A stretch of DNA of 64,000 nucleotides, from contig CAVYYI010000001.1 in the NCBI GenBank assembly GCA_963772725.1, forward strand, positions 640,001 to 704,000. The letters are read 5' to 3'. Positions 32,759-45,171 of the stretch are shown one piece after another. A program made the translations under genes and the position numbers. The stretch comes from an uncultured Phycisphaerales bacterium (GTDB lineage: Bacteria; Planctomycetota; Phycisphaerae; Sedimentisphaerales; Anaerobacaceae). Within the stretch, counting starts at the first letter, position 1. The number at the start of each line of letters is the position of its first letter. Under the pieces are notes generated by a model. That model was not told the origin of the DNA and searched no databases. It saw only the letters and a program-made list of their open reading frames with translations.

Positions 32759-35700
32759 ATGTCTGATAGTGAAACAGAGAATCAAAACTCCATACCATCG
32801 CTCAGCGAGCAGTTTACAGGCAATTTTTACAGGTGGGAAAAAAGAGGCCGGGGTTGGCAGGTCTGGCAAGATGCTGTGGATTTAGAGCCGGCATTTGAGC
32901 CTTTCTTTCATTATCCTCTTGGGTTTCAGCCGGTAGGTGACGATGGCCGCAGACCGACATTCCTTAGTTCACTGGTAGAAAAACTTCACAGGTTCTTTAT
33001 AGGAGCAGAAAAACCAGAGCAAACTTCCCAGGAGTATCATTTAGATGAGCCAGAACAGCCTTTATTCGAAGATAGTTCCGCTTTAAATGAGATTACAGTT
33101 TCTCTATCAGCTAAGCAGAAAATTTCAACAGAATATGTCGAACAATTCCTCTTAAATCTGCGTTGTTGTTCGCTGCCTCTTAGTTTTGAGATTGTCGGAA
33201 CATCGCAGTCGAGCACCGTTCAGTTTGTCTGCCGTGAGTCTGATTTGCGGCAGGTCAGACAGCAGCTTAATGCCTATTTCCCTGATGCCGTTCTCTATAA
33301 AGAAGGCCGGACGCTTGACAACTTCTGTAATAGCAACAAGAAAACTGTGGTTGTTGACTTTGGCCTTTCACAGGAGTTTATGAGACCGCTTAGGACAATA
33401 AGGGATTTTGACCCTGATACGCTGACCGGCATTATCGGCGCTATGGAAAATCTCAATAATGGCGAACTTGGTATTTTGCAGGTTCTTTTTCAGCCTGTTT
33501 GTAATCCCTGGTCAGAGAGCGTTATAAGGTCGGTGACCGACTGGGAAGGCCGTAGTTTCTTTGCTGACAATCCTGATATGGTGGGTTTAGCCAGAGAAAA
33601 GATTGAAAAACCTCTGTTTGCTGTAGTTATCAGAGTTGTAGGTCAAAGTTCCTCAGATGCTCGTGCCTGGGAAATTGCAAGGGCATTAAGCGGTGGATTG
33701 GCCACGCTTACTAGTCCCCAGAGCAATGAACTCATTCCTTTATCCAACGATGGCTATGATGACTCAGTACACGCTGAGGATGTCTATTATCGCCAGAGCC
33801 GACGTAGCGGGATGCTGTTAAATAGCAGCGAGCTTATTTCCCTCGTCCACCCGCCCTCAGTTTCGGTTCGCGCCGCAAAACTTCGGCGGGAAGTTAAAAA
33901 GACAAAAGCCGCACCCGCTATTACAGCCGGCCATAAGTTTATCCTGGGACAAAATATCCATCAGGGCAAAGACAAAGTGGTAACCTTAAGCCCCGAACAA
34001 AGGCTCAGGCATATGCATGTTATCGGTGCAACCGGCACAGGTAAATCGACAATGCTTTTAAAGCTGATTATCCAGGATATAAACGATGGGCGAGGAATAG
34101 CCGTGCTTGACCCGCATGGCGATTTGATTGACCGCATATTAGGGTATATTCCGGAAAAGAGATTTGAGGATGTCGTTCTGCTTGACCCTTCTGATTCCGA
34201 TTATTCTGTTGGCATTAATATCCTTTCAGCCTATTCCGAAATTGATAAGACAGTGCTTTCTTCTGACTTAGTAGGTGTTTTTCGACGTCTTTCAACAAGC
34301 TGGGGCGACCAGATGAATTCAATCTTCGGCAATGCCATTCTCGCCTTCCTGGAAAGCGAGCGGGGCGGCACATTGGTAGATTTAAGACGTTTTTTGGTTG
34401 AGAAGGATTTTCGCGAAGATTTCCTCCGGACAGTTAAAGACCAGGATGTTATTTATTACTGGCATCAGGTATTTCGCCAACTGACCGGCAAGCTCCAGGC
34501 GCCGATTCTAACAAGGCTCGACACCTTTTTGCGTCCTAAGCCTATCCGTTATATGGTTGCCCAGAAGCATGGCCTCAATTTTCAGAATATTCTGGAAGGC
34601 AAAAAAATATTTCTCGCTAAACTTGCCCAGGGATTGATTGGTATGGAGAACGCTTATCTATTAGGCACTATTATTGTGTCCAAACTCCACCAGGCTGCTA
34701 TGGCCAGACAGGCAAGGGATATATCTGAAAGAGAGGATTTCTATCTGTATGTTGACGAGTTTCAGAACTTTGTCACGGAGTCTATGACCGAAATCCTCTC
34801 TGGAGCGAGAAAATATCACTTTGGTCTTATTCTGGCACACCAGGAGTTGCGTCAGCTGTGGGCCAAAGATAGTGAATTGGCAAGCTCTGTAATCTCAAAC
34901 CCTGGCACACGTATCTGTTTTCGCTTGGGGGATTTCGATGCCAAAAAGCTTGAGGATGGTTTCTCCGCTTTTGACGCACATGATTTGCAGAATCTTGGTG
35001 TCGGCGAGGCAGTAGCGAGGATTGAGCGGGCTGAGTATGATTTTAATCTAAAGACCATGCCGCCGCCTAATGTCGATATGCAGACCGCTCGCAACCGTCA
35101 GGAAAAGATAATGGCCATCAGCCGCCGGAAGTATGCCCTACCTAAGCAGGAAATAGAGCAGCTTTTGAAAATAGAAGAGGTTCAGCCGGTAGAGAAAGAA
35201 AAACATATTCCGCAGGTGCTGGCGGCCCCAAAGACAGAATTTGCCGAGGTAAAAGAGCAGGTCGAACAGGATATAAGGAAAGAACAACCTTTATATTACC
35301 GGCGGGAAAAAGCTGGGGCAGATGAACCGCAGTCTTGAAGGTATTGGTGGGGGCAGACATAGGGACATCCAGAATGAAATAAAAAAGGTAGCCCAACAAA
35401 ATGGGTTTCTATCCTTAATTGAACATCCGACACCGGATAGGACAGGAAAGGTCGATGTTCATTTGGAGCGGCAAGGGATAAAGATAGCCTGTGAAGTCTC
35501 GGTGACTTCAACTGCTGAGCATGAATTGGGAAATATTAAAAAATGCTTGTCAGCAGGTTACAATAGAGCGGTTTTATGCTCGCCTGATGAAAAGATTTTA
35601 AGCAAAGTAAGAAAGCTGGCCTTAAAGAATCTTAAAGAGCCTGAACAGCAAAAGATTTTGTTTTTCCTGCCGGAAGAACTTACATCTTACATAATAGAAG

Positions 35701-35852
35701 AAGCAGCTAAAGCGGCAAGTGTTGCTCAGACGATAAGAGGTTACCATGTTAAAAGCCATCTCAAGCCGGTCACCGGTGAAAAGAAGGAAGCTAAGCGTAA
35801 GTCTATTTTCAGCGTTCTTTGGCCTTTGGGACGGACGAGGAATGAAAAATAA
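32759..35852 (+). CDS. TraD/TrwB-like ATPase, probably fused to a C-terminal PD-(D/E)XK-like domain (likely 1-nt indel near 35335)
   Basis: HMHVIGATGTGKS, LDPHGDL, LYVDEFQNF, SGARKY; overlapping ORF 35322-35852 has H...VDVHL...IACEVSVT. Confidence 0.8.
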
Positions 35853-35984
35853 AAAGCTGACGGATAGACAGACATTAGGCAAAGATAATAACAAATATAA
35901 AATATGATTGTTCGGTAAGTAGTAGTAATTGACAAATAGACGTTTTTGGGGAAAATGGATGAAATTATTTTATGGTGGTCTAAT

Positions 35985-38900
35985 ATGGATCATAAGATTA
36001 CAGAAAAGTCTTACAATTTGGAAACGTTTTTGGTGTTCGAGAGAAGCGGGTTTTAACCTCGGTGACGATGGTTTTCTCTTTGACCCTGATTCAGAATTTG
36101 GCAAGGTTTTAAATTCAAATCTTGTTTCTTCCGAAGACCTTTATCAATATCAGTGTTTAGGTCTTTTGGGTGAACCCGGTATAGGTAAATCATACGAAAT
36201 TAGGAAACTTAGCGGCGCCATTTCGCCGCAATTCCACGAGACCGATAATGTGCTTTCTTTAGATTTACGTTCATATGGACAAGAGTCTCGCCTTTACTCT
36301 GCAATTTTTGAGACCGAAAAATTTAAAAAATGGATTGCAGGGAGGCAGCGGCTATACTTATTTTTAGACAGTCTTGATGAGTGTTTACTTCATATTAAAA
36401 CAGTGACTTCTTTACTCGAAGAAGAGTTTGCAAAATATCCAGTTGAAAGACTGGCCTTAAGAATTGCATGCCGAACAGCAGAATGGCCATATTCTTTTGA
36501 ACAAGCATTAGAACAAATTTATGGCAAGGAAAATATTAAAGTACATGAACTGGTTCCTCTTAGAAAAAAAGATGTCCATAACGCAGCCAATTGTGAAGGC
36601 ATTAATGTTTCCGACCAATTCATCGAAGCACTCGTAAAGAATAACGCGGTTCCGCTCGCAATTAAGCCTGTAACTCTCGATATGTTAATCAAACTTTATA
36701 AACAAACTGGTGCTCTTCCTTCAAAGCAATCTGAACTGTATGAAAAAGGCTGCCTCTTAATGTGCGAAGAACCCAGTGAACGCCGACGTGAAATTGGGAC
36801 AAACAGCAATTTTCCAGCAAATGTCCTTTTAGTTGCGGCCTCAAGAATAGCTGCTGTAACTTTATTTGGAAACAGTTGTACTGTTTGGACAGACATAGGC
36901 AACAGCGATGTTTCGCAAGAAGATATAACTATCAGTTCATTAGTTGGTGGTAATGAACGCGTTGAAAATACATCCTTTCCGGTTACGAACGATTTGATTA
37001 AGGCAACAATAAAAACAGGTCTTTTCACTTCTCGCGGCCCACATCGGATGGGTTGGGCACATCAGACATATGCTGAATTTCTTGCAGCACGGTATTTGAC
37101 TCAATCGGGAATGAACAAAAAGCAAATCATGAGCTTATTAATTCATCCTTCTGACCTTCAACAAAAACTTGTACCACAATTATATGAAACCGCTGCTTGG
37201 ACAGTTAATATGAACGATGATATTTTCAATGAAATTATGTATTATGACCCTGAAGTTCTTCTCAGAAGCGATGTTGCTTCATTTGAACCACAGGCCAGAC
37301 AAAAATTGGTTCAGAAGATTTTGGTTTTGTGTGAGGAAGAAAAGCTTATTGATAGGGATATCAATCAATACTACCCAAAATTGAATCATCCTTTATTAGC
37401 AGAGCAACTTAAACCATATATTGCAAATAAAAATAAGGGTTTTCTGGTTAGACGCGTAGCTGTTGATATTGTTGAAGCCTGTAAAGTTAATGAGCTTTTG
37501 CCGGAATTAATAGAAGTTGTACTCGACCAAACTGACAGCACGTTGACCCGAAAAAATGCAGCTTATGCAATTGAGCGAATCGGTGATTCTAAGGCCAAGG
37601 GTACACTTAAACCGTTTGCGATAGGTCGTGGTGGTAGCGACCCTGATGATGAATTGAAAGGAATAGCTTTAAAAGCTTGCTGGCCAGAACATGTTACAGC
37701 GCAGGAACTTTTTGGGGTACTTACTCCTCCTCAAAATGAAAACTATGTTGGGTCGTATGAAATGTTCTTGGGAAATTTACCAGAACAACTCGGGAAATTC
37801 CTGAATGCGACGGATTTTAAGTATGCCTTGAAGTGGGTTGCAACCGTAATTAACAAGGGTCGGCATGACAAAGAAATCTTCAGCAAAATAGAAGAATGGA
37901 TTATGATTCAGGGATGGCAGCATTTGCTTGATTTGCCAGAATTGATAGAACCTTTTGCGGAGGCCGCACTATCTCGCATAATGCAGTATAAGCCAATTGC
38001 TCAAGGGAGTGAGGAAAAACCATTTAGCGAGTTAATTAGTTGCGAACATGAAAAAAGGCAACTGATATTGAAATCTTTGTTGTCGCTACCGACTATTTCA
38101 GAAAGCAATATCGTTATACTTGCGTTTTCGCAAACTCCGCTTGCAATTAGTGAGGATATACCGTGGCTAATACAACAGTATGGGGAAAAAAATACTGAAG
38201 AACGAAGAATATTAGCAAAGCTAATTATATTTGTGTTCAGTCGCGAAAACTTTAAATACCTTGACATGATATTAGAAGCCAGACAAAAATTTCCTGACAT
38301 TGCAAAGGAACTTTCATGGATGAATCCTGTTGTAATAGAATCTCCTGAGGGTAGGAAGCTTAAAGCAGAGTATTTGAAGCACCAGAGGTTACAGGTACAG
38401 CATGAAAAAAGAAGGGAGAGATTACTTTTAATGTCGCCGTCCCCAAAACGAGTCTTGGCTCTTCTCGATAAGTTTGAAGCTGGCGAGGTAAATGCCTGGT
38501 GGCAACTTAATTTAGAAATGACACTTAAGGATGAGTTAGAGTCTAATTTAAGAGAATTACCCGTTTGGAAGGAACTGGATGAAGTGAATCATATGAGACT
38601 CGTAAAAGCAGCAAAAAATTATCTTATTAGCCCGCCCCCGGAGGATAAATCTTGGATAGGCACGAATACTTTTAACCGAGCATATGCGGCTGGATACAGG
38701 GCATTGGTACTTTTAATGAACGAGGAACCTGTTTTCGTTTCTCATTTGCCGGAAACAGTTTGGAAATTTTGGGCTCCTATTATTGTGGCATATCCGTTTA
38801 ATAGTAGCGGAGACAACGAGCCACACATCTCAATAATCAAGATGGCGTATCGAGCAGTTCCAGAGGATGTAATCAGTTCGCTGTTAACTCTCGTTGATAA

Positions 38901-40212
38901 AGAAAATACTGAATTTGACCACATATTTATTGCCAGAAGGATTGAATGCTGCTTGGATGACCGCCTATTTGAAACGCTATTAGTTAAGGTTCATTCTGAG
39001 GTTTTGAAGCCAAGTTGCATGGGTGATTTGCTCGATTTGTTAATTAGTCACGGATACAAAGCCGCGATTGAGTTTGTCATGTCCAGAATTATTATTCCTT
39101 TACCCAAACAAAATCTTGACCGAGAGCGTGTTATAGTTTTGGCTGAATCATTATTTGCGAACAACCCAAGTGCTGGATGGCACATTATTTGGTCAGCAAT
39201 TCAAAGTGATGTTGAGTTTGGACGGGCAGTTTTCGAGAAGTTTGTCCATTTATATAGGCATGAAAGAATAGCCTTATTTACTCATCACCTCAACGAAACA
39301 CAAATAGCAGATATGTATATCTGGCTGGTCAAGCAATACCCGCATAAAGAAGACCCGCAACAGCAAGGTGCCCACTTTGTAGGGGTTCGTGAAAACATAG
39401 CTCACTTCAGAGAAGGGCTATTGGAACAACTAAAGGTTCACGGGACTCCGGAATCGTGTCAACAAATATATCGTATCATGGACGAATTACCACAATTAAC
39501 TTGGATGAAATGGGTTAATATAGAAGCTGGGAAAAATACCAGAACCAGAACTTGGAAGCCACTTACAGCCGAGCAAATAATTAGGCTCGCACAAGATAGC
39601 CAGTGCAGCTTTGTAGAAAATGGTAGACAATTGCTTGATGTGATATGTGATTCCTTGCATCGTTTACAGCAAAAACTTCTTGGGGAAATACCAGCGGTAT
39701 ATGACCTCTGGGACAATCGAGGCGATAGTCACAACCCCCAATATTGCCCCAAAGATGAATCTCATCTTAGTAACTATATCGCAAGACACCTCGCTGATGA
39801 CCTTGGACAGCAAAGAGGAATAATTGTCAACCGAGAGGTTCAAATTAGGCAAGGGCAAAAAACTGATATACATATCGATGCTGTTAATCCCAGAAGTGGT
39901 AGCGGGGTCGATATAATCAAAGCCATAATTGAAGTCAAGGGCTGCTGGAACAACGAATTGGAATCAGCCATAGAAACACAGCTTGTAGAAAGATATCTGC
40001 ATGATAATCAATGTCCTAACGGTCTTTATTTAATCGGCTGGTTCACTTGTGACAAATGGGCGGATGTTGATTATAGAAAGAAAAATATCCCCAAATGTTT
40101 GATTGATGAAGCCCAGAATCTTTTTACCCAAAAAGTACATGTATTGTCTCAACAATCAGAAATTCCGAGTCTTTTGTTGAAATTTTACATTTTAGATGCG
40201 AAGTTAGCTTGA
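35985..40212 (+). CDS. NACHT/STAND-like NTPase with HEAT-like repeats and C-terminal PD-(D/E)XK nuclease-like domain; candidate defence protein
   Basis: LLGEPGIGKS, LFLDSLDE, IACR, WAHQTYAEFLAA; C-terminal NREVQI...TDIHI...IIEVKG...QLVERYL. Start uncertain: ATG 35985 needs a 1-nt correction near 36016; ORF track starts at 35929. Confidence 0.8.
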
Positions 40213-40248
40213 AAAAGCTGGTCAATAGGTGCTTTTACACTTTCAGCT

Positions 40249-40271
40249 TGATTTTGCAGAAAGGGTACGGA
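40249..40271. repeat. Second copy of the attP/attR arm
   Basis: TGATTTTGCAGAAAGGGTACGGA versus TGATTTTGCAGAAAGGGAACGGA at 40554-40576 (22/23 identical). Confidence 0.85.
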
Positions 40272-40290
40272 TTGGGTTCCGAATATAGCG

Positions 40291-40590
40291 TTAATCAGCC
40301 TTTTTGGCGGTTTTCAAAGGGTCATATCCAAGAAAATCAATTATCTTTGGCAAACGGCAAATATTAGGTATAGAACGGCTATGCTCCCAATTTGCGATAG
40401 TTCCTGGGTGTATACCGACTTTTTGAGCTAATTCTGCTTGGCTTATTCCTTGTTGTAGCCGTTTTCTGCTTAATTTGGCACCTATGTTTTTTGATTGTTG
40501 CCTGTAAAAAGACTTACCGTACCAATCTTTAATAGGTTTAGCGGCTTTTAGAGTGATTTTGCAGAAAGGGAACGGAACCTTCCTGCTCCG
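40291..40590 (-). CDS. Start-less Cro/C1 (XRE)-type HTH reading frame; predicted C-terminal domain of the recombinase in the excised form
   Basis: 99 open codons: RSRKVPFPFCKITLKAAKP...IGAKLSRKRLQQGISQAELAQKVGIHPGTIANWEHSRSIP...PKIIDFLGYDP; no ATG/GTG/TTG ahead of the HTH; absent from the ORF track. Confidence 0.85.
   Translation of the reverse strand, partial: RSRKVPFPFCKITLKAAKPIKDWYGKSFYRQQSKNIGAKLSRKRLQQGISQAELAQKVGIHPGTIANWEHSRSIPNICRLPKIIDFLGYDPLKTAKKAD
40561..40590. repeat. attR (P arm plus core duplicating the tRNA 3' end)
   Basis: GCAGAAAGGGAACGGA-ACCT-TCCTGCTCCG. Confidence 0.9.
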
Positions 40591-40934
40591 ATGTGATTTA
40601 AGAGTAAATACCGGCAGAAATCAAAAGGCGGGAATCGAAAAAAATCAGCGACGCCATTCGGCTTTGCGGACCATAAGCGGGGGGACTAATTTTACTCGGC
40701 TTTTGGGGGAGTTTGAGGCGGTGCAGCTTCGGTTGCTTGGATACCACTTCACGTCTAATAACGGTATCTTAGGCACTAAAGTTTTTTTTGTTAATCTATC
40801 AAACATCATAATAACCTCAATTACAGGTGACTTATAACGGCCAATGGCCTATCACCCTCCCCCTCATCGGCAAAATCTGAGAGGGACTTTCGAAAAATAT
40901 TCAGACTTTTCGGCTGGTTTGGACTCGCTAAAAA

Positions 40935-40963
40935 TTGACAGCATCGTCAGCAGGGGCTATATT
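40935..40963 (+). promoter_or_regulatory. Sigma70 promoter of polA
   Basis: TTGACA-17 nt-TATATT. Confidence 0.65.
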
Positions 40964-40969
40964 GTCGGG

Positions 40970-43714
40970 ATGGTAAAGAAAATTTATATAATTGACGGCC
41001 ACTCCCATATTTACGCCGCTTATTATGCTCCTATGCGGCAACGGCTGACAAGCCCTGCGGGGGAACCCACCAAGGCGACATATATCTTCACGACGGCTAT
41101 TCTCGGACTTATTAAGAACTTAAATCCGGATATGCTGGTTGTCGCGATGGATAGTAAAGCGCCGAGTTTCAGGACAGAAATTTATCCTGAGTACAAAGCC
41201 CATAGGCCGCCGATGCCGGATGATTTGCCTAGCCAGATAAAACGCATTGAGCAGATACTCGCAGCGATGAATATTCCGATGATTCGCATTGACGGGTTTG
41301 AGGCTGATGACATAATCGGCACGCTTGCGAGGAAGGCATCGGCTGAAGGTATAGACGCTTATATATGCTCAAAGGATAAGGATATGCTTCAATTGCTCGA
41401 TGAGCATATCTGCACGTACGATTTAAAGACCGGTGAGTGTAAGAATCCGAAGACTTTCAAGGAGGAGATGAAGATAGAGCCGATTCAATTTATTGATGTG
41501 CTTGCGCTGCAGGGAGATGCGGTTGATAATGTTCCCGGTGTGCCGGATGTGGGACCTAAAACTGCTCTCGAATGGGTTCAGAGATACGGTTCGATCGAAA
41601 ATCTTTACGAGCATGCAGGCGAAATCACAGGTAAGCGTGGCGATAATCTTCGAGCGGCTAAAGAACAGGTTGCGCTTAGTAGAAAACTTGTAACGATAAA
41701 TTGCTCGGTGCCGATAGATATTGATTACGAATTATTCGCTCTTAAGGAACCGAACAGGGAAAAACTTACAGAGCTATTTAATGAACTTGGATTTACCCGA
41801 ATCCTGAGCCAGATGGGGCTTTCTGCCGCGGAGACGACGGCGCAGACACAAGCAACTGCCCCGGCAGTTGCCGGAGAGCAGGTGGGCATTTCCACTTCCA
41901 GAACTGTTCCTCATGATTATCAATTGATAGATACGCAGGAAAAATTTGACGCGTTTTTCGCTGAGCTGAAAAAGCAAAAAATCTTTGCGGTTGATACCGA
42001 AACAACATCGATAAATCCAATGAGGGCGGAACTTGTGGGTATAAGTTTTTCATGGCAGGAGCACAAGGGGTTTTATCTTGCTGTAAAGGCTCCGCTATGC
42101 ATATAAATCGCTTGATAGGAATATGATTCGCAGCCGAGCTGGGGCCGATTCTCGCTGATGAGAATATTAAAAAAATCGGGCAGAACATAAAATACGATAT
42201 GCTTGTTCTGCGAAATGTGGGGATGCCTCTAAAGGGCGTTTATTTCGATACGATGGTGGCTTCGTATTGTCTTGACTCGGAACGTATGAGTCATTCGATG
42301 GATAATATGGCTGTGGATTTTTTGAATTATCAGCCTATTCCTATTTCAGCACTTATTGGTAAAGGTAAAAATCAGCTTACTTTCGATATGGTCGATACCT
42401 CGGCGGCGTGTGAATATTCCGCGGAGGATGCCGATATAACATTTCAGCTTTATGAATATCTCAGCAAAGGCCTCGAAAAGCAGCCTTCAATTAAGAAATT
42501 TTTCGAAGAGGTCGAAATGCCTCTGGTACCTGTGCTTGCGGAGATGGAATATAACGGCGTTTCGCTCGATACAACACTGCTGAGAAAAATGTCCGGCGAA
42601 ATCGCCGAAGCCTTACAAAACTTGCTGAGCAGATATATGCGCTTGCAGGTGCGGTTTTTAATATCGATTCGCCCAAACAGCTTGGCGGAAATGCTTTTTG
42701 ACCGGCTGAAATCAAATCGGTAAGCATCGGTAAAACTGGCCGCAGTACCAGCGCTGATGTCCTCGACGAACTCGCGGGGGAGCATCCGATTATCGATTTA
42801 ATCCTTCAGTACCGCCAGTTGAGCAAGTTGCAAAATACTTATGTCGATAAACTTGGCTCGCTGATTAATCCCCGCACCGGCAGGGTGCATGCATCCTTTA
42901 ATCAGACGGTAACGGCTACCGGCAGATTGAGTTCAAGCGACCCGAATCTGCAGAATATTCCCATTCGCACTGAAATCGGCAGTAAAATCCGCTCGGCGTT
43001 TATACCGGCGGATAAAAACGACTGTATCTTAAGTGCGGATTATTCGCAAATTGAATTGCGGCTTCTTGCGCACATTTCTCCAAGGACAAGGCTCTTGGAG
43101 AGGCTTTTGCCGCCGACCAGGATATTCACAGGTTTGTGGCTTCGCAGATTTATAACGTGCCGATAGAAGAGGTGACAAACGAAATGCGTTCGAAGTGCAA
43201 GGCGGTGAATTTCGGCATAATCTACGGTCAGGGTGCTTTCGGGCTATCCAAAACTATTGGAATCGGCCAGTCGGAGGCGAAAAAATTTATCGATGATTAT
43301 TTCAGCCGCTACAAGTCTATACGCAAATTTATGGATGACGTCGTTGCCTCCGCGAGACAAACAGGCTACGCCGAAACAATTCTTCATCGTCGCCGAAGGA
43401 TATCGGATATGAACAGTAAGAACGGCATAAAACGTTTGCAGGCACAGCGAATGGCAATAAATACTGTTATACAGGGTTCCGCCGCAGATTTGATCAAAGT
43501 CGCGATGATAAATATACAGCGGAAAATCGAGACGGAAAATCTGCCTGTCAAAATGATTCTGCAGATTCACGATGAGCTTGTTTTTGAACTTCCCGCATCG
43601 CAGGCTGAACAATATTCCAAATGGATAGCACAGGAAATGGCTACAGCCATCAAACTTGATGTTCCGATGAAGGTCGATATTGCTTGCGGTCCAACCTGGC
43701 TGGCTGAAAAATAA
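40970..43714 (+). CDS. polA: DNA polymerase I (split over several frames by indels)
   Basis: IIDGHS, FEADDIIG, GDAVDNVPGV, AVDTET, TATGRLSSSDPNLQNIP, ADYSQIELR, KAVNFGIIYG, LQIHDEL. Confidence 0.97.
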
Positions 43715-43803
43715 TCAGAGCCCAAACAAATATAGAGGCTTATATACCTATAACGCCCTTTAAAAAAGCACGCCTGTTCATATATAATCCTTTTTCTATG
43801 ATG

Positions 43804-43832
43804 TTGACGAAACAGTCTTCTGCAAATACAAT
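43804..43832 (+). promoter_or_regulatory. Sigma70 promoter of the dapL operon
   Basis: TTGACG-17 nt-TACAAT. Confidence 0.55.
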
Positions 43833-43910
43833 TATGTTTTTGTATTTTCCAAGATAGTAAGACTAACCAATGAAATGAATTATTGCAAGAATTCTTAATG
43901 GAAGGCGAAA

Positions 43911-45137
43911 ATGATAAAGATTAATGAAAATTTTCTGAAGTTGCAGGCTGGTTACCTGTTTCCTGAAATAGGCAGAAGGGTTCGTGCCTTTAAGGCGGAG
44001 AATCCAGGTGCAAAGGTCATCAGTATGGGTATCGGCGATGTTACGCAGCCATTACCATCAGCTGTTACCGATGCCATGAAAAAAGCTGTCGATGAAATGG
44101 GAACAGACGCAGGCTTTCACGGTTACGGCCCCGAACAGGGTTATGATTTCCTAATCGACGCCATAATCAAAAATGACTTCAATCCTCGCGGCATAGAGCT
44201 TGACCGTGGAGAAATTTTCGTAAGCGACGGTGCAAAATGCGATACCGGCAACATCCAGGAAATCTTCGGCCTGAACAATATCATAGCTGTAACAGACCCC
44301 GTATATCCCGTTTATGTGGATACCAACGTTATGGCAGGCAGAACCGGCAGGGCAAAAAAGAGCGGCCAATACGGCAAAATAGTTTATATGCCCTGTACCG
44401 CCGACAACGGTTTTATTCCTGAACTGCCGGATAGGGCGGTGGATATTATTTACCTGTGCTTTCCGAATAATCCAACCGGGGCGGTCGCCGCGAAGGCGGA
44501 TTTGAAGAAATGGGTTGATTTCGCGAAAGAAAATAAAGCCGTCATCTTTTTCGATGCGGCTTATGAGGCCTTTATCACTGACCCGAAAATTCCGCATTCT
44601 ATTTATGAAATCGAAGGCGCTAAAGATGTGGCGATTGAATTTCGCAGCTTTTCCAAAACGGCGGGCTTTACCGGCGTAAGATGCGCCTTTATTGTTATAC
44701 CGAAGCAGTTAAAGGCTTATACGAAAGACGGCAAAACTATTGATGTAAATCCTATCTGGAACAGAAGGCATACTACAAAATTTAATGGCGCATCCTATAT
44801 TTCTCAGGCAGGAGCGGCAGCGATTTACATACCGCAGGGCAGGGAGCAGACCCACAGGATTATTGATATTTATATGAATAACGCCGCCCAGATTCGCAAC
44901 TCACTGGCAAAACTCGGCTACCAGGTTTATGGCGGCATCAACGCCCCGTATATTTGGATGAAAACACCGGATAGATTAAGCTCGTGGGATTTCTTTGACC
45001 TGCTTTTGAAAAAGGTAAACGTTGTCGGCACGCCCGGTTCGGGTTTTGGTGCGGCTGGCGAGGGTTTTTTCCGCCTGACCGCATTTGCTAAACCGGAGAA
45101 TGTAAAAGAGGCTATGGAGCGTTTTGCTTCATTATAA
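43911..45137 (+). CDS. dapL: LL-diaminopimelate aminotransferase
   Basis: [41 protein letters not shown]. Confidence 0.96.
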   Translation: MIKINENFLKLQAGYLFPEIGRRVRAFKAENPGAKVISMGIGDVTQPLPSAVTDAMKKAVDEMGTDAGFHGYGPEQGYDFLIDAIIKNDFNPRGIELDRGEIFVSDGAKCDTGNIQEIFGLNNIIAVTDPVYPVYVDTNVMAGRTGRAKKSGQYGKIVYMPCTADNGFIPELPDRAVDIIYLCFPNNPTGAVAAKADLKKWVDFAKENKAVIFFDAAYEAFITDPKIPHSIYEIEGAKDVAIEFRSFSKTAGFTGVRCAFIVIPKQLKAYTKDGKTIDVNPIWNRRHTTKFNGASYISQAGAAAIYIPQGREQTHRIIDIYMNNAAQIRNSLAKLGYQVYGGINAPYIWMKTPDRLSSWDFFDLLLKKVNVVGTPGSGFGAAGEGFFRLTAFAKPENVKEAMERFASL

Positions 45138-45140
45138 ATA

Positions 45141-45171
45141 TTAGCCACAGAGGACACAGAGACCACAGAGA
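45141..45171 (+). repeat. CACAGAG-unit intergenic repeat
   Basis: TTAGCCACAGAGGACACAGAGACCACAGAG; same family as 56111-56165 and 57006-57062. Confidence 0.8.

Noticed and set aside
40553..40837. Plus-strand 94-aa ORF spanning attR
   Set aside because: No recognisable domain or RBS, and it crosses the element/host junction; the minus-strand HTH frame is far better supported.
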